A DNA stretch of 32,000 bases from Promethearchaeota archaeon (lineage in GTDB: Archaea > Asgardarchaeota > Lokiarchaeia > Sigyniarchaeales > Promethearchaeaceae), in the NCBI GenBank assembly GCA_016933055.1, contig JAFGBS010000034.1, positions 60,001 through 92,000 of the forward strand, read 5' to 3'. A program made the position numbers and the translations under genes. Below, piece after piece: positions 1 through 9,733 of the stretch. The notes beneath the pieces are model-generated. The model had not been told where the DNA came from, ran no database searches, and saw only the letters and a list, made by a program, of their open reading frames with translations. Positions within the stretch are counted from its first letter, which is position 1. The number at the start of each line of letters is the position of its first letter.

Positions 1-53
1 TAAAGAAAAGAATACATATCTTCAACAATATACTCTATAGATTTGACAACCTC

Positions 54-1133
54 ATGAAAATCTTTATTACGGGTGCTACGGGGCAATTAGGACATAGTTT
101 GATCCGAGAACTTATAAAAGGAGATATGTTAAGTATTAATTCACCGCAAGAAATTGTTTGCTTAGTTAGAAATCCCGAACAAGCTGGAAATTTGCATGAC
201 ATGAACATCACTATTGTTCAAGGCACCCTTAAGGATAAAAATTATCTCAAACACATCCTTTCTGAACATAAAATTGATATTATCTTTCATTGTGCGGCCA
301 TTTCTAACCCAAGTGCGGATAAGGAACTATTATTTTCCACAAATATCGACGGATCCAATAACCTATTGGATGCTTTCGTAGAATCCCCCCAAACTCACAG
401 TTTTGTGTTCAGTAGCTCGATTAGTGTTTACGATTCTTATTTGAAATCTGATGGAACCCCCCTTACTGAGGATGCAAAGTTTGGAAGTCTGACAAAAGGA
501 GATCCCTATGCAATCTCAAAACGCATGATTGAGCAAGAAATAACGCATTTGCAGAAACTTCATCCAGAAAAGCGATTTTATATTGCACGGATCGGTCCTA
601 TGAGTGGAACCCATGATCGGATCATCCTTCCGATGTTGATAACTTTAATGTCTAAACAAAGATTGCCAAAATTAATTGGAAAAGGTCGCAAGAAAATATC
701 CATCATTGCACCAGAAGATGCTGCTCGTGCTATGGTGTTTCTCACTCAGAATTCGAAAAAAGATTCAAATCATGTCTACAACGTGACCGGGAATATGATA
801 AGTTACAAAGAAATGTTTGACTGTGTTGCCTCTTATTACGGCATAGAATATTCCAATTTTTCCATTCCATACTGGTTGTTCCGAATATTACGACCAATAA
901 TTTGGTTAATACGAATCTTTTTTCCTAAAAATAAGTTTGTTCAAATGGTTTTCTCGGAGACAGCTCTTGCCTTTTTCAATAATTCCTATGAATACGACAG
1001 CAATAAGATTCAAAATCTCGGATTTAAATTTCTCTATTCTCCATTGGAATCCATCCGGATGGGTTTAGAAACCATGGACCATGAAAAAGAACTGATCGCT
1101 TCGAAACAAGATAATTGTAAAACGGACAATTAA
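54..1133 (+). CDS. NAD-dependent epimerase/dehydratase (extended SDR, 3-beta-HSD-like)
   Basis: N-terminal GATGQLG Rossmann motif, HCAA, FSSSISVY catalytic Ser region and YAISK (YxxxK); hydrophobic patch near residues 270-295 as in membrane-associated 3-beta-HSD-like members. Confidence 0.85.
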   Translation: MKIFITGATGQLGHSLIRELIKGDMLSINSPQEIVCLVRNPEQAGNLHDMNITIVQGTLKDKNYLKHILSEHKIDIIFHCAAISNPSADKELLFSTNIDGSNNLLDAFVESPQTHSFVFSSSISVYDSYLKSDGTPLTEDAKFGSLTKGDPYAISKRMIEQEITHLQKLHPEKRFYIARIGPMSGTHDRIILPMLITLMSKQRLPKLIGKGRKKISIIAPEDAARAMVFLTQNSKKDSNHVYNVTGNMISYKEMFDCVASYYGIEYSNFSIPYWLFRILRPIIWLIRIFFPKNKFVQMVFSETALAFFNNSYEYDSNKIQNLGFKFLYSPLESIRMGLETMDHEKELIASKQDNCKTDN

Positions 1134-1236
1134 CAACTGAATTAACAGATTCAATTATCTTTACTTAACATTTGATCGAAATGATAGCACAGAACGGAAC
1201 GCTAGATTAATGAACAAGATAAACTAACTTTCTTAT

Positions 1237-1701
1237 ATGTCACCACAAAATGTGTTGGATGGAATTGAGCACTTGAAGGAATATCAAGGAAAGGAAATGG
1301 GTCCCTCGAAATGGGTCAAAATAACACAAGATAAGATTAATATGTTTGCGGAGGCGACCGGTGATCACCAATGGATCCACGTAGATGTTGAAAGAGCGAA
1401 AAAAGAATCTACCTATGGTGGTCCAATTGCACACGGTTATTTGACTCTATCATTGATTCCTGATTTATTTTGGGATGTTTTAGAAGTTAAAGGCTTTAAA
1501 ACTGTAATCAATTATGGGACAAACAAGGTCAGATTTCCGGCTCCGGTACCTGTTGATTCAAGTGTCTGCATGAAAGTAACTCTCGCAAATATCACAGAAA
1601 TAAAGAATGGTGTGCAATGTGAATTTAAATGCGTGTTGAATACCGAGAGTGGAGAAAAACCTGTGTGCATTGCTGAAATTGTGTTTCTGTTGATGAACTA
1701 G
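1237..1701 (+). CDS. MaoC-family (R)-specific enoyl-CoA hydratase/dehydratase
   Basis: Hydratase-2 motif FAEATGDHQWIHVD...IAHGYLTLSL and NYGTNKVRFPAPV; 154-aa hot-dog-fold size. Confidence 0.9.
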   Translation: MSPQNVLDGIEHLKEYQGKEMGPSKWVKITQDKINMFAEATGDHQWIHVDVERAKKESTYGGPIAHGYLTLSLIPDLFWDVLEVKGFKTVINYGTNKVRFPAPVPVDSSVCMKVTLANITEIKNGVQCEFKCVLNTESGEKPVCIAEIVFLLMN

Positions 1702-1709
1702 CAGTTGAT

Positions 1710-3164
1710 TTATTTTTCTTTTTCTTTACTGTTTTTTAACGAATCAAAATACTGTTTTTCTTTAGCTTTGTGTAAGGAGAGAATTTCTTCCTTTTTCTTT
1801 TCCCATTCGGGTCCATCCAGATTGTAAAATTTCATGAAAAATGCAGAAATTGCTAGCAATATTGCGGGTATAATGAAAATAGCGAACAGAATACCTGTTT
1901 TTGTCAATTCAGATTGGGGTTGTTTGATCACTATTCCCGCAACTTCAACGGGTTCATTAAACCCGAACCTATCTAATACCACGAGGAATACCCATTGCGC
2001 AATAGAAAGAGCAGGTTTTACTATTAATGCATTTACTCCCCCGTATATGGCCTCTCTTCTTCTTCCCGTTATTAGTTCATCATTATCTATGGAGTCACCT
2101 GTAACCACCGCAGTAGCTACACTCCCCCCTGTAAAACAAATTCCCACAATTAAGAAAGGTACTGCTGAGATGAGAGGATATCTCCCCACGAAAAACAAGA
2201 CAGTAAATGCGAAGATCATCAGTAATTCTACAAGAATTAAGGTCTTTTTCGGTCGTATTTTTTTTATTACCCATACTCCTATAACCAAACCAAATAAAAT
2301 ACCCAAAAGTAACGCTACCAAAAAGGCATAGCTGACTATATTTGTCAGTTCTATGACATAATCAATATAGTACAAAATCCCCGTGCTTAAAATCGGGAAG
2401 ATGAAAGAAAAGGAGAAGCTAGTTACCTCAAACAACCAAAATGGTTTATTCTTAAAACTTAACTTAATTCCTTCCCAAAAACCTTCATGCGGTTGCATTT
2501 GGGCGAACATATTCTCCTTAATGAAAAAGGAACTCACAAACAAAAGAATGGACGAGAATACTCCCATTATCACCATTAAAGGTTTGAATAAGGGATGAAT
2601 TCCTTCCTGCCCCGTTAATAATAATACTGGTAACACTAATCCAATTGCGGAATTTACAAAACCTGCAATGACATTATACACAGTTAAACTAGCCCGTTCC
2701 TTTGCCGTCACCGCAATTTCATTTGGAAGTGAATAAAAACAACACCCAACTATAGTAAACATCGTATCTAAAAGGAAGAGAGCTGCTAAAAAATTCCAAA
2801 AGAGTCCCCATGTGTCTCCAATCTCAGCAATCGGGAACCAACAGAAGATAAAAACTGCTCCATAAAAAAAACTCCCCCATCGAATATAAGGGATTCTTCT
2901 TCCTAATTTTGTTCGAGTATTATCTATTAAGTAGGAAATTATGGGATCGTTGAGGGTATTCCAAATCATAAAAATTAACCAAGCCCAACCCGTTAATATT
3001 ATATCAGCACCGAGTTTTTCTGTGTAGTAGTATGTAAGATTCCCAAATACAAATCCATTTAGAAAGGAATTGGCGAAGTTTCCCATAGCGAAATTAAATT
3101 TTATTTTGGTTGGGACTTTCTCCTCAATTGCCTTAATATCTGAAATCATATCTCCTTTAGACAT
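1710..3164 (-). CDS. MFS transporter, GPH/MelB-like sugar:cation symporter
   Basis: About 12 hydrophobic segments; WNTLNDPIISYLIDNTRTKLGRRIPY and DSIDNDELITGRRREAIYGG are GPH-family motifs. Confidence 0.85.
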   Translation of the reverse strand: MSKGDMISDIKAIEEKVPTKIKFNFAMGNFANSFLNGFVFGNLTYYYTEKLGADIILTGWAWLIFMIWNTLNDPIISYLIDNTRTKLGRRIPYIRWGSFFYGAVFIFCWFPIAEIGDTWGLFWNFLAALFLLDTMFTIVGCCFYSLPNEIAVTAKERASLTVYNVIAGFVNSAIGLVLPVLLLTGQEGIHPLFKPLMVIMGVFSSILLFVSSFFIKENMFAQMQPHEGFWEGIKLSFKNKPFWLFEVTSFSFSFIFPILSTGILYYIDYVIELTNIVSYAFLVALLLGILFGLVIGVWVIKKIRPKKTLILVELLMIFAFTVLFFVGRYPLISAVPFLIVGICFTGGSVATAVVTGDSIDNDELITGRRREAIYGGVNALIVKPALSIAQWVFLVVLDRFGFNEPVEVAGIVIKQPQSELTKTGILFAIFIIPAILLAISAFFMKFYNLDGPEWEKKKEEILSLHKAKEKQYFDSLKNSKEKEK

Positions 3165-3463
3165 AATCTCAATAAAAAGAGATCTGAGTGAAAAAAGTAA
3201 TCAAATGGACAATTTATACCATTATTAAATTTTATTTATAATCAAAAAATCAAAGAAATTGCATACCAATTCACCCCAAGCAGGCCAAATAACCTCATAA
3301 TCTTAATTCCACTATAGTTCCATCACAATGTTCCAAAACGCCCATTTGTACTTTAATCAAATTTTACCAAATAGAGAATAAACAATCGTATCTTGGTAGA
3401 CAAATGGATCGTTAAGCATATATAGTCCAGTTGGCATTATGATTACATTTAGTGGTGGTTAGC

Positions 3464-4771
3464 ATGAAAAAAGCACTAACTAGAGGAATTTTATTCTTTC
3501 TTATCGCTCCGTTTATCCTTTCCAGCATGAGTTATTTTGTGTTCTGCATACCCTCCATGCAACAAACTACAGGAGTAAGTAATTTCATAATTTATGTGAA
3601 TTCAACAATTGCGCCTAGTATCCAATCTGAAATAGCACAATACAAAACGGACGTTGAAGCTAAAGGTTATACAGTGAAAATTTATAATTGGACTGATTCT
3701 AATATCGATTTAATGCAGCGTGCAGTTTCATTAAAGGCCAATATCACGGCGGAGTACATCAATAATGGATTAAATGGAACAGTTCTAATTGGGGATATGC
3801 CCTATGTTTTCTATGAAGATGGTTCTGGAATATATATTTGTGACTTGTATTTTATGGATATGGATGGAACTTGGGACAATCCAAATGGAGACCTAGATTT
3901 TGATAGTCATATTGATGGATCGGGAGATATGTATCCCGAGATTTTTATCGGCCGAATTAATCCTCGCCCTGTTAATAATACCCACGAAGTGAGTCTGCTC
4001 CAAGCTTATTTCCAAAGAAATCATGAGTTCCATGCAGGAAATACGGTAATGTTTAATAATTCACTAATGTATATCGATGATTCCTGGGAAGTATGGAGCC
4101 AGGGATGGAAGGGGGATATGGAGTTTCTATACGATAATATTACTCTTGTCAATAACACGATAGAAACAACTAATTCTACCAATTATATGAAAGAGATAAT
4201 AAAACCGTATGATTTTGGTCATATCTTCATACATTCTGATAGCACAACACATTATTTCATAAATGGATCCCTTTATTGGGTAGATGGAACTATTTCTTCC
4301 TCGCAATTAAAGATTATCGATACCACCCCCAAATTTCTTAACCTTTATTGCTGTTATGCTTCTAGCTTTGACGTGCAAGATAATCTTGGAACCCAGTATC
4401 TTTTTTCGTCAAATAACACCCTGGCAGTATTTGGTGCCACAACGAGTGGAGGATTTCAGATGAATCAATATTTATATGAACCCTTAGCAAACGGTTGGAC
4501 TTTGGGGGAATCTTTCAGAAATTGGTGGTTCAATGATATTTTAGACCCAATTGTGCACACCCACGGACCATCGGACCCAACAGTTCGAGGAAATGTTTTA
4601 TTGGGAGATCCGTGCCTAACAATAAGAGATATTTCTGAAGAGGAAGTACCCCATGGTAAATTATCTCCTTTGGAGTTATCTATGATTATTGTTGGTCCGA
4701 TTCTCTTGGTAGGAATAATTTCGTTAATAATTGTTCATGTAAAGAATAAGAAAGCAAAAATAAACAATTGA
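3464..4771 (+). CDS. Secreted, C-terminally membrane-anchored peptidase C25 (gingipain-like) domain protein
   Basis: Signal-like MKKALTRGILFFLIAPF; LIGDMP, CDLYFMDMDG, PEIFIGRI, candidate catalytic His (IFIHSDS) and Cys (LYCCY), terminal LLGDP; C-terminal TM helix plus basic tail. ATG 3464 preferred over GTG 3452 because GTGGTGG lies 5 nt upstream. Confidence 0.72.
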   Translation: MKKALTRGILFFLIAPFILSSMSYFVFCIPSMQQTTGVSNFIIYVNSTIAPSIQSEIAQYKTDVEAKGYTVKIYNWTDSNIDLMQRAVSLKANITAEYINNGLNGTVLIGDMPYVFYEDGSGIYICDLYFMDMDGTWDNPNGDLDFDSHIDGSGDMYPEIFIGRINPRPVNNTHEVSLLQAYFQRNHEFHAGNTVMFNNSLMYIDDSWEVWSQGWKGDMEFLYDNITLVNNTIETTNSTNYMKEIIKPYDFGHIFIHSDSTTHYFINGSLYWVDGTISSSQLKIIDTTPKFLNLYCCYASSFDVQDNLGTQYLFSSNNTLAVFGATTSGGFQMNQYLYEPLANGWTLGESFRNWWFNDILDPIVHTHGPSDPTVRGNVLLGDPCLTIRDISEEEVPHGKLSPLELSMIIVGPILLVGIISLIIVHVKNKKAKINN

Positions 4772-4773
4772 AT

Positions 4774-4801
4774 AAAAAAAGGAATCAATTTTCTTTTTTT
4801 T
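4774..4801. terminator. Probable bidirectional terminator between the convergent C25 and Rieske genes
   Basis: A7 tract at 4774-4780 and T tract at 4794-4801 form an inverted repeat (aaaaaaagga...ttcttttttt), giving a U-tract on each strand. Confidence 0.5.
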
Positions 4802-4847
4802 ATAACGTATATAAGATGACATAATTCATTCGCCCGCATCGAATAGA

Positions 4848-5831
4848 CTATATTTTCCTTTTTTTCATTTCATCTCGAATGCGTCGGTAAATAACAATCG
4901 GATAATCTGCAGGAAATAAGTTATCCCCGTCCTCCATCTTGTACGCAGTAATTTTGGGTAATTGAGTCTCCACAACTCTTCTATCTTGATGGGCGATTAT
5001 TTTACTGAAATATCTCCCGACTATACTAATAATACCCCTTAAAATAGGAATCCGAGTCATTTTATGAATGAATCGAAGATATAAAATGGTATTTTCTTCA
5101 TCAACTGGGGCAAAAGCAATAATTATTCTGGCGACATCTGAAAATTTATTTTGCCACATATTGGGAAATTTAAATTGAACCAGTGAAGGATGAGGCGGTT
5201 TCTCAATTTCTGAGGGTAGAATGGAAACATTTCCATTTTCCTTTCGATTTGTGACCCATACTTTTTCCAAATTATCTGAAAAATCCACATAAGGCCCATC
5301 GCTTACTTTTTTGTTGCCACGCCCGATAGTGTTATGATGCACTATCCATAAATGACTGACATCGAGTTGATTTTCTATACATCTGCTGTAATGGGTTTTC
5401 CAAGGATCTTTTAAAGTATAATAGTGGAATTTATCATCCACGTCATCAAACCATGGTATATCAGGATACCGATCTTGGGGGATACCCCACCAAATCCAAA
5501 TAAAATTATGCGCTTCTCGAATATAATACGATTCAACCTTGAAATTTGAGGGGATAAATGCTTTTTCTCCTCTAGAGGGAATAATTGTGCATTTTCCTGT
5601 TCGATCAAAATGTAATCCATGAAATGGGCATTGGACTTCCTGACTATTAGATACTAATTTCCCCTTACTTAATGCTGCTCCTCTATGAGCGCATCGATCC
5701 TTGATGCAGGCAATTTCTCCTTCATGGGTTCGCCAAAACAGTAACTTTTCACCGAATCGAATTACTCCCAATAATTTTCCTTTTTTTACTTCAGAACTCT
5801 CTAAAATTGCGTACCATTGGTTAAATATCAT
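4848..5831 (-). CDS. Rieske non-heme iron oxygenase alpha subunit (VanA/KshA-like architecture)
   Basis: Rieske ligands DRCAHRG...QCPFHG; mononuclear iron motif ENQLDVSHLWIVH and distal QDRRVVETQ carboxylate. Confidence 0.9.
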   Translation of the reverse strand: MIFNQWYAILESSEVKKGKLLGVIRFGEKLLFWRTHEGEIACIKDRCAHRGAALSKGKLVSNSQEVQCPFHGLHFDRTGKCTIIPSRGEKAFIPSNFKVESYYIREAHNFIWIWWGIPQDRYPDIPWFDDVDDKFHYYTLKDPWKTHYSRCIENQLDVSHLWIVHHNTIGRGNKKVSDGPYVDFSDNLEKVWVTNRKENGNVSILPSEIEKPPHPSLVQFKFPNMWQNKFSDVARIIIAFAPVDEENTILYLRFIHKMTRIPILRGIISIVGRYFSKIIAHQDRRVVETQLPKITAYKMEDGDNLFPADYPIVIYRRIRDEMKKRKI

Positions 5832-6104
5832 CCATTATCAAGTACCATTCATTTGCAATAGTTTTTCAGATTTTTCAAATTAGTTTTTCTAATCCATAAT
5901 GTCAATATGGAAATTTTCGATCTTTCCAAAATATATAAGATGATATTGTTTCCATAAACAGAGATTCGAAAAATCGATATGCAGAGTAATGCATAACGCC
6001 AAATTCATGAATACTCTCTAATTTTTCACCAAAATCCTTATATTTCAGTTAATCCCACTCATGATTGGACGAATTTTATTAAATTTTAAGGATTGTATAA
6101 AAAA

Positions 6105-7946
6105 ATGACACACGGTTATATGGGCAAACAAATTTGGATTAATTTATCCAAACATAAAGTCAAAACTAATGATATTGATGGAAAGATTTTACAGCAATAC
6201 CTAGGTGGCAAAGGTCTTGGATTAAAATTAATCTATGACTATGTAAAATCAAATCATCTTAATATTACAACTATGGACGCTTTCTCTCCCAATAATGTTC
6301 TTTATTTTGGAACAGGTCCCGGAACTGGAATCAAGGGATTTCCATGCCCTGGGAGATACCATGTAATGGCATTAAAATCCCCCCTAACTGGATCGATTGG
6401 TTCTGCGAATTCAGGAGGTTCTTGGGGTCCTTTTCTTAAGTTTGCTGGATTTGATGGAATTTTTATCGAGGGAAAATCAGAAAAACCAGTTTACATCACT
6501 ATACTCGATGGAAAAGTTGAAATCCATGATGCATCTGATTTATGGGGATTTACCGTTTTTGATTTGGAGGATGAGTTGCAAAAACGACATAAATCTGAAA
6601 ACTACCAAGTGAGTATCACAAGTATTGGGCCTTCGGGAGAGAGACTCTCCTTAATCGGTTGTATTATGAACGATAAGCACCGAGCGGCGGGTCGGACCGG
6701 TATGGGGGCAGTAATGGGTTCTAAAAACCTAAAAGCTATAGTGGTTGGAGGAACTAAACGACCTACTACGGCAGCGGGAGAAGATTTTAAACCTGTATCC
6801 CAAAAAATGCTAAAAAAGATGAAAGATAATCCGGTAACGGGGGAGGGTTTACCAAAATTAGGAACAGCAGTTCTCGTGAATGTTGTAAATAGCACTGGTA
6901 GTCTTCCATTGAATAACTGGCAACAAGCCTATAATGAAAATGTAGAACCCATCAGTGGAGAAACATTGGCTGAAAAATATTTAATAAAGGCGCTTCCTTG
7001 CTGGGGATGCACTATTGCCTGTGGTCGAACAGTACAAGTTTTAGATGGTCCCTTTGCAGTGAAATACAGTGAGGGTCCGGAATATGAATCAATTTGGGCA
7101 TTAGGAAACAGTTGCGGGGTAATGGATTTGCCAGCAATCATTAAGGCAAACCATTATTGCAATGAATTTGGATTGGATACTATCAGTGTCGGATCTTCCA
7201 TAGCATGTGCTATGGAACTGGCTGAAAAGGGTCACATCCCTGAAGAAGATCTCCAAGGATTAATTCTCAAATTTGGAGACCCGTCTGCGATGGTGGATTT
7301 AATCTGGCGTGCAGCATATCAAACTGGCATTGGAAAATACATTGCAATGGGATCAGCAAAACTTGCAGAACATTATGGACACCCAGAACTATCGATGAGT
7401 GTGAAGTCCTTGGAGATGCCGGCTTATGACCCCCGTGGTATTAAAGGAATTGGTTTGAATTATGCTACCTCTAATCGAGGTGGATGTCACGTTACGGGTT
7501 ATACTATTTCACCTGAAGTAATTGGTCTACCCGAACAAATAGATAGATTATCTTATGAGGGGAAGGAAGTGTGGGTAAAAATATTTCAAGATTTTACCTC
7601 GGGAGTTAACTCCACGGTAAATTGCTTGTTTGCCACATTTGCATTAGGAGCGGGTGATTATGCAGAATTACTTACTGCTGTAACCGGATGGGATATAAAT
7701 GATGGTGAATTCTTGAAAATTGGAGAAAGGATTTACAACCTCGAGCGCCACATTATGGATAAACTCGGAATTAAGAATCAAGACACTCTACCGAAACGTC
7801 TATTAGAAGAACCTATACCCGAAGGTCCATCAAAGGGAGAGATAAATAAACTCGAAAAAATGCTCGGAAAATATTATGAGCTGAGGGGATGGTCCGATGA
7901 AGGAATCCCCCTTCCCGAGAAACTTAAGGAACTGGGAATAGATTAA
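6105..7946 (+). CDS. aor: Tungsten-dependent aldehyde:ferredoxin oxidoreductase
   Basis: YLGGKGLG, KSPLTG, RAAGRTGMGAVMGSKNLKA, CWGCTIAC plus RGGCH [4Fe-4S] ligands, EGPEYES and GLDTIS. ATG 6105 used rather than TTG 6093. Confidence 0.92.
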   Translation: MTHGYMGKQIWINLSKHKVKTNDIDGKILQQYLGGKGLGLKLIYDYVKSNHLNITTMDAFSPNNVLYFGTGPGTGIKGFPCPGRYHVMALKSPLTGSIGSANSGGSWGPFLKFAGFDGIFIEGKSEKPVYITILDGKVEIHDASDLWGFTVFDLEDELQKRHKSENYQVSITSIGPSGERLSLIGCIMNDKHRAAGRTGMGAVMGSKNLKAIVVGGTKRPTTAAGEDFKPVSQKMLKKMKDNPVTGEGLPKLGTAVLVNVVNSTGSLPLNNWQQAYNENVEPISGETLAEKYLIKALPCWGCTIACGRTVQVLDGPFAVKYSEGPEYESIWALGNSCGVMDLPAIIKANHYCNEFGLDTISVGSSIACAMELAEKGHIPEEDLQGLILKFGDPSAMVDLIWRAAYQTGIGKYIAMGSAKLAEHYGHPELSMSVKSLEMPAYDPRGIKGIGLNYATSNRGGCHVTGYTISPEVIGLPEQIDRLSYEGKEVWVKIFQDFTSGVNSTVNCLFATFALGAGDYAELLTAVTGWDINDGEFLKIGERIYNLERHIMDKLGIKNQDTLPKRLLEEPIPEGPSKGEINKLEKMLGKYYELRGWSDEGIPLPEKLKELGID

Positions 7947-7957
7947 AATACGAATCC

Positions 7958-7976
7958 TTTTTTTTTACTTTTTTTT
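7958..7976 (+). terminator. U-rich archaeal terminator after aor
   Basis: T9-AC-T8 tract 12-30 nt after the aor stop codon. Confidence 0.55.
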
Positions 7977-8014
7977 CACCTTGATATTATATTTGCTACT
8001 TAGGGTACATAATA

Positions 8015-9313
8015 GTGCAGACACAAAACCATCATCCTAAAATAATTCAAATAGAAGTTACTACCAGATGCAATTACGATTGTGTTATGTGTCTGCGACA
8101 AGAATGGACGCAACCGGATCAAGACTTTCCATTAAGCGAATTCGAAAAACTAGCTCAAGCCTCCTTTCCTCATGTGGAAAAAATTATTTTATTTGGTCAA
8201 GGTGAACCATTAATGCATCCAGATTTTCTAGCATTATTGAAAATAGCAAGAAAATATCTACCTCAAAAGGCAAAAATTGATTTTACGACTAACGGTTCTT
8301 TGCTGAACAAAGAAATTATAGAGCAAATTTCGAACTTTCAAATTAATCAAATAACCGTTTCTCTAGATTCTATGTATCTGATTAAGCTTCAAAAATATCG
8401 GAAAGGGGCAACTAAGGAGATTTTTGCAAACTTAGATTATTTATCTAATGCACGTTTGAGCGGAAAGATTAAAGAATTAGCGATTGAAACGGTGTTAATG
8501 GTTTCAAATGTATTTGATTTACCCGATCTAGTTAATATTTGCTACAGTAATTATCCTGGTATAGATTCTATTTATGTTTCACATCTATTACCCTACAATG
8601 CCGACTTAACAAAAGAAATATGCTATCACACTGTATCTCAAGAAAATAAACCCCTACGTGATATGATCATTACCAGATGGCAAGATCTTTTATTCAAGGT
8701 CTTTCATAATTCAGTAGGTTGGAGAAAAAAAGTATATTCGGGGGACCAATGGGTTAAGAACATTCGAGAAATCATAGATAGCGCTCGAAAGTCCGATATA
8801 GACCTTGATTCCACCTTAATTATTAATGAACTGAACAATAATAGATTTATTCGGCAAGTTCAAGCAACATTTGAGACAATTAGAGATTTTAACTTCCATA
8901 ACAGAAAGCCTCAAGTGGAACTTCCTCCCCTTTATCCCCAAAAAGACCGTAGAAAATGCCCTTATATAGATAAAAGTGCTACCATAATTCGGGTTGATGG
9001 ACAGGTTGCACCATGCTTTAATTTTCTTCATTCTCATAGTGTATATATTAATTCTCAAAAACGCACAGAAGATGCAATTTCTTATGGAAATGTGTTTGAA
9101 CAGCCTCTTTCAACCATTTGGAACAATGAATTATATCAAAACTTAAGAAAAAGGTTAGAAACAATGCCTTTAAATATTCCATGGAGTGGAGATTGTCCAT
9201 ATATTTCGTTTGAATGTTTTTATATGAGAAACAATGCTAGTGATTGCTATGGAAACTCCCCAGGATGTAATATCTGTCTTTATAGTACTGATCAAGTCAA
9301 ATGTATTTTTTGA
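8015..9313 (+). CDS. Radical SAM/SPASM protein, probable tungsten-cofactor oxidoreductase maturase
   Basis: CNYDCVMC (CxxxCxxC), GQGEPLMHP, FTTNG; SPASM-type CPY...DGQVAPC and Cys-rich C-terminus DCYGNSPGCNICL; lies between aor and moaD. Confidence 0.8.
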   Translation: MQTQNHHPKIIQIEVTTRCNYDCVMCLRQEWTQPDQDFPLSEFEKLAQASFPHVEKIILFGQGEPLMHPDFLALLKIARKYLPQKAKIDFTTNGSLLNKEIIEQISNFQINQITVSLDSMYLIKLQKYRKGATKEIFANLDYLSNARLSGKIKELAIETVLMVSNVFDLPDLVNICYSNYPGIDSIYVSHLLPYNADLTKEICYHTVSQENKPLRDMIITRWQDLLFKVFHNSVGWRKKVYSGDQWVKNIREIIDSARKSDIDLDSTLIINELNNNRFIRQVQATFETIRDFNFHNRKPQVELPPLYPQKDRRKCPYIDKSATIIRVDGQVAPCFNFLHSHSVYINSQKRTEDAISYGNVFEQPLSTIWNNELYQNLRKRLETMPLNIPWSGDCPYISFECFYMRNNASDCYGNSPGCNICLYSTDQVKCIF

Positions 9314-9324
9314 AGGAATGAGAT

Positions 9325-9636
9325 ATGGATGAGTTAATTACCATCGAAGTGAGAATATTTGCAACTTTAAGAGATATATTGGGATTAAAAAAATTCCCCA
9401 TGCACATAAAAGCTGGGAGTACAATTCGGGATCTACTCCATACGATCCAGCAAGTTTTTGACAAAGGAAAAGAGTTCATAAAAGAAGTTTCCGACCCAGA
9501 AGATCTTAATAGGATTAGAGATCATGTGAAATTCATGATAAATGGCATAATATTATTCCAAGATAAGATTTTGGATACTACTATTCATAAGGATGGCGAT
9601 GTTATTGCGATTTTTCCTCCTATAGGAGGGGGATAG
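9325..9636 (+). CDS. moaD: MoaD/SAMP-type ubiquitin-like sulfur carrier
   Basis: VRIFATLRD start and GDVIAIFPPIGGG C-terminal di-glycine; directly downstream of aor and the radical SAM gene. Confidence 0.85.
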   Translation: MDELITIEVRIFATLRDILGLKKFPMHIKAGSTIRDLLHTIQQVFDKGKEFIKEVSDPEDLNRIRDHVKFMINGIILFQDKILDTTIHKDGDVIAIFPPIGGG

Positions 9637-9720
9637 AGCTTAAACTGGAAATTTGCACCATCTTTCTATAAATTCTATTAATAATGATTTTTTAATCCAT
9701 AATCCAATATTGATCACCAC

Positions 9721-9725
9721 GGAGG
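9721..9725 (+). promoter_or_regulatory. Shine-Dalgarno site of fbp
   Basis: GGAGG 8 nt upstream of ATG 9734, which argues that the real start is 9734 rather than 9653. Confidence 0.7.
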
Positions 9726-9733
9726 AAATTATA

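Noticed and set aside
4680-4771. Loki-CTERM or PGF-CTERM sorting signal on the C25 protease
   Set aside because: The TM helix and basic tail are present, but the diagnostic PG(Y/F) motif before the helix is absent.
5903-5972. Operator-like inverted repeats in the Rieske/aor divergent promoter (TATGGAAA/TTTCCATA; TTTTCGATCT/AGATTCGAAAA)
   Set aside because: Short, not nested and expected by chance in AT-rich DNA; they match no regulator motif I can name.
9653-9733. 27-aa N-terminal extension of FBPase
   Set aside because: A well-spaced GGAGG precedes ATG 9734, and the extension has no FBPase character.
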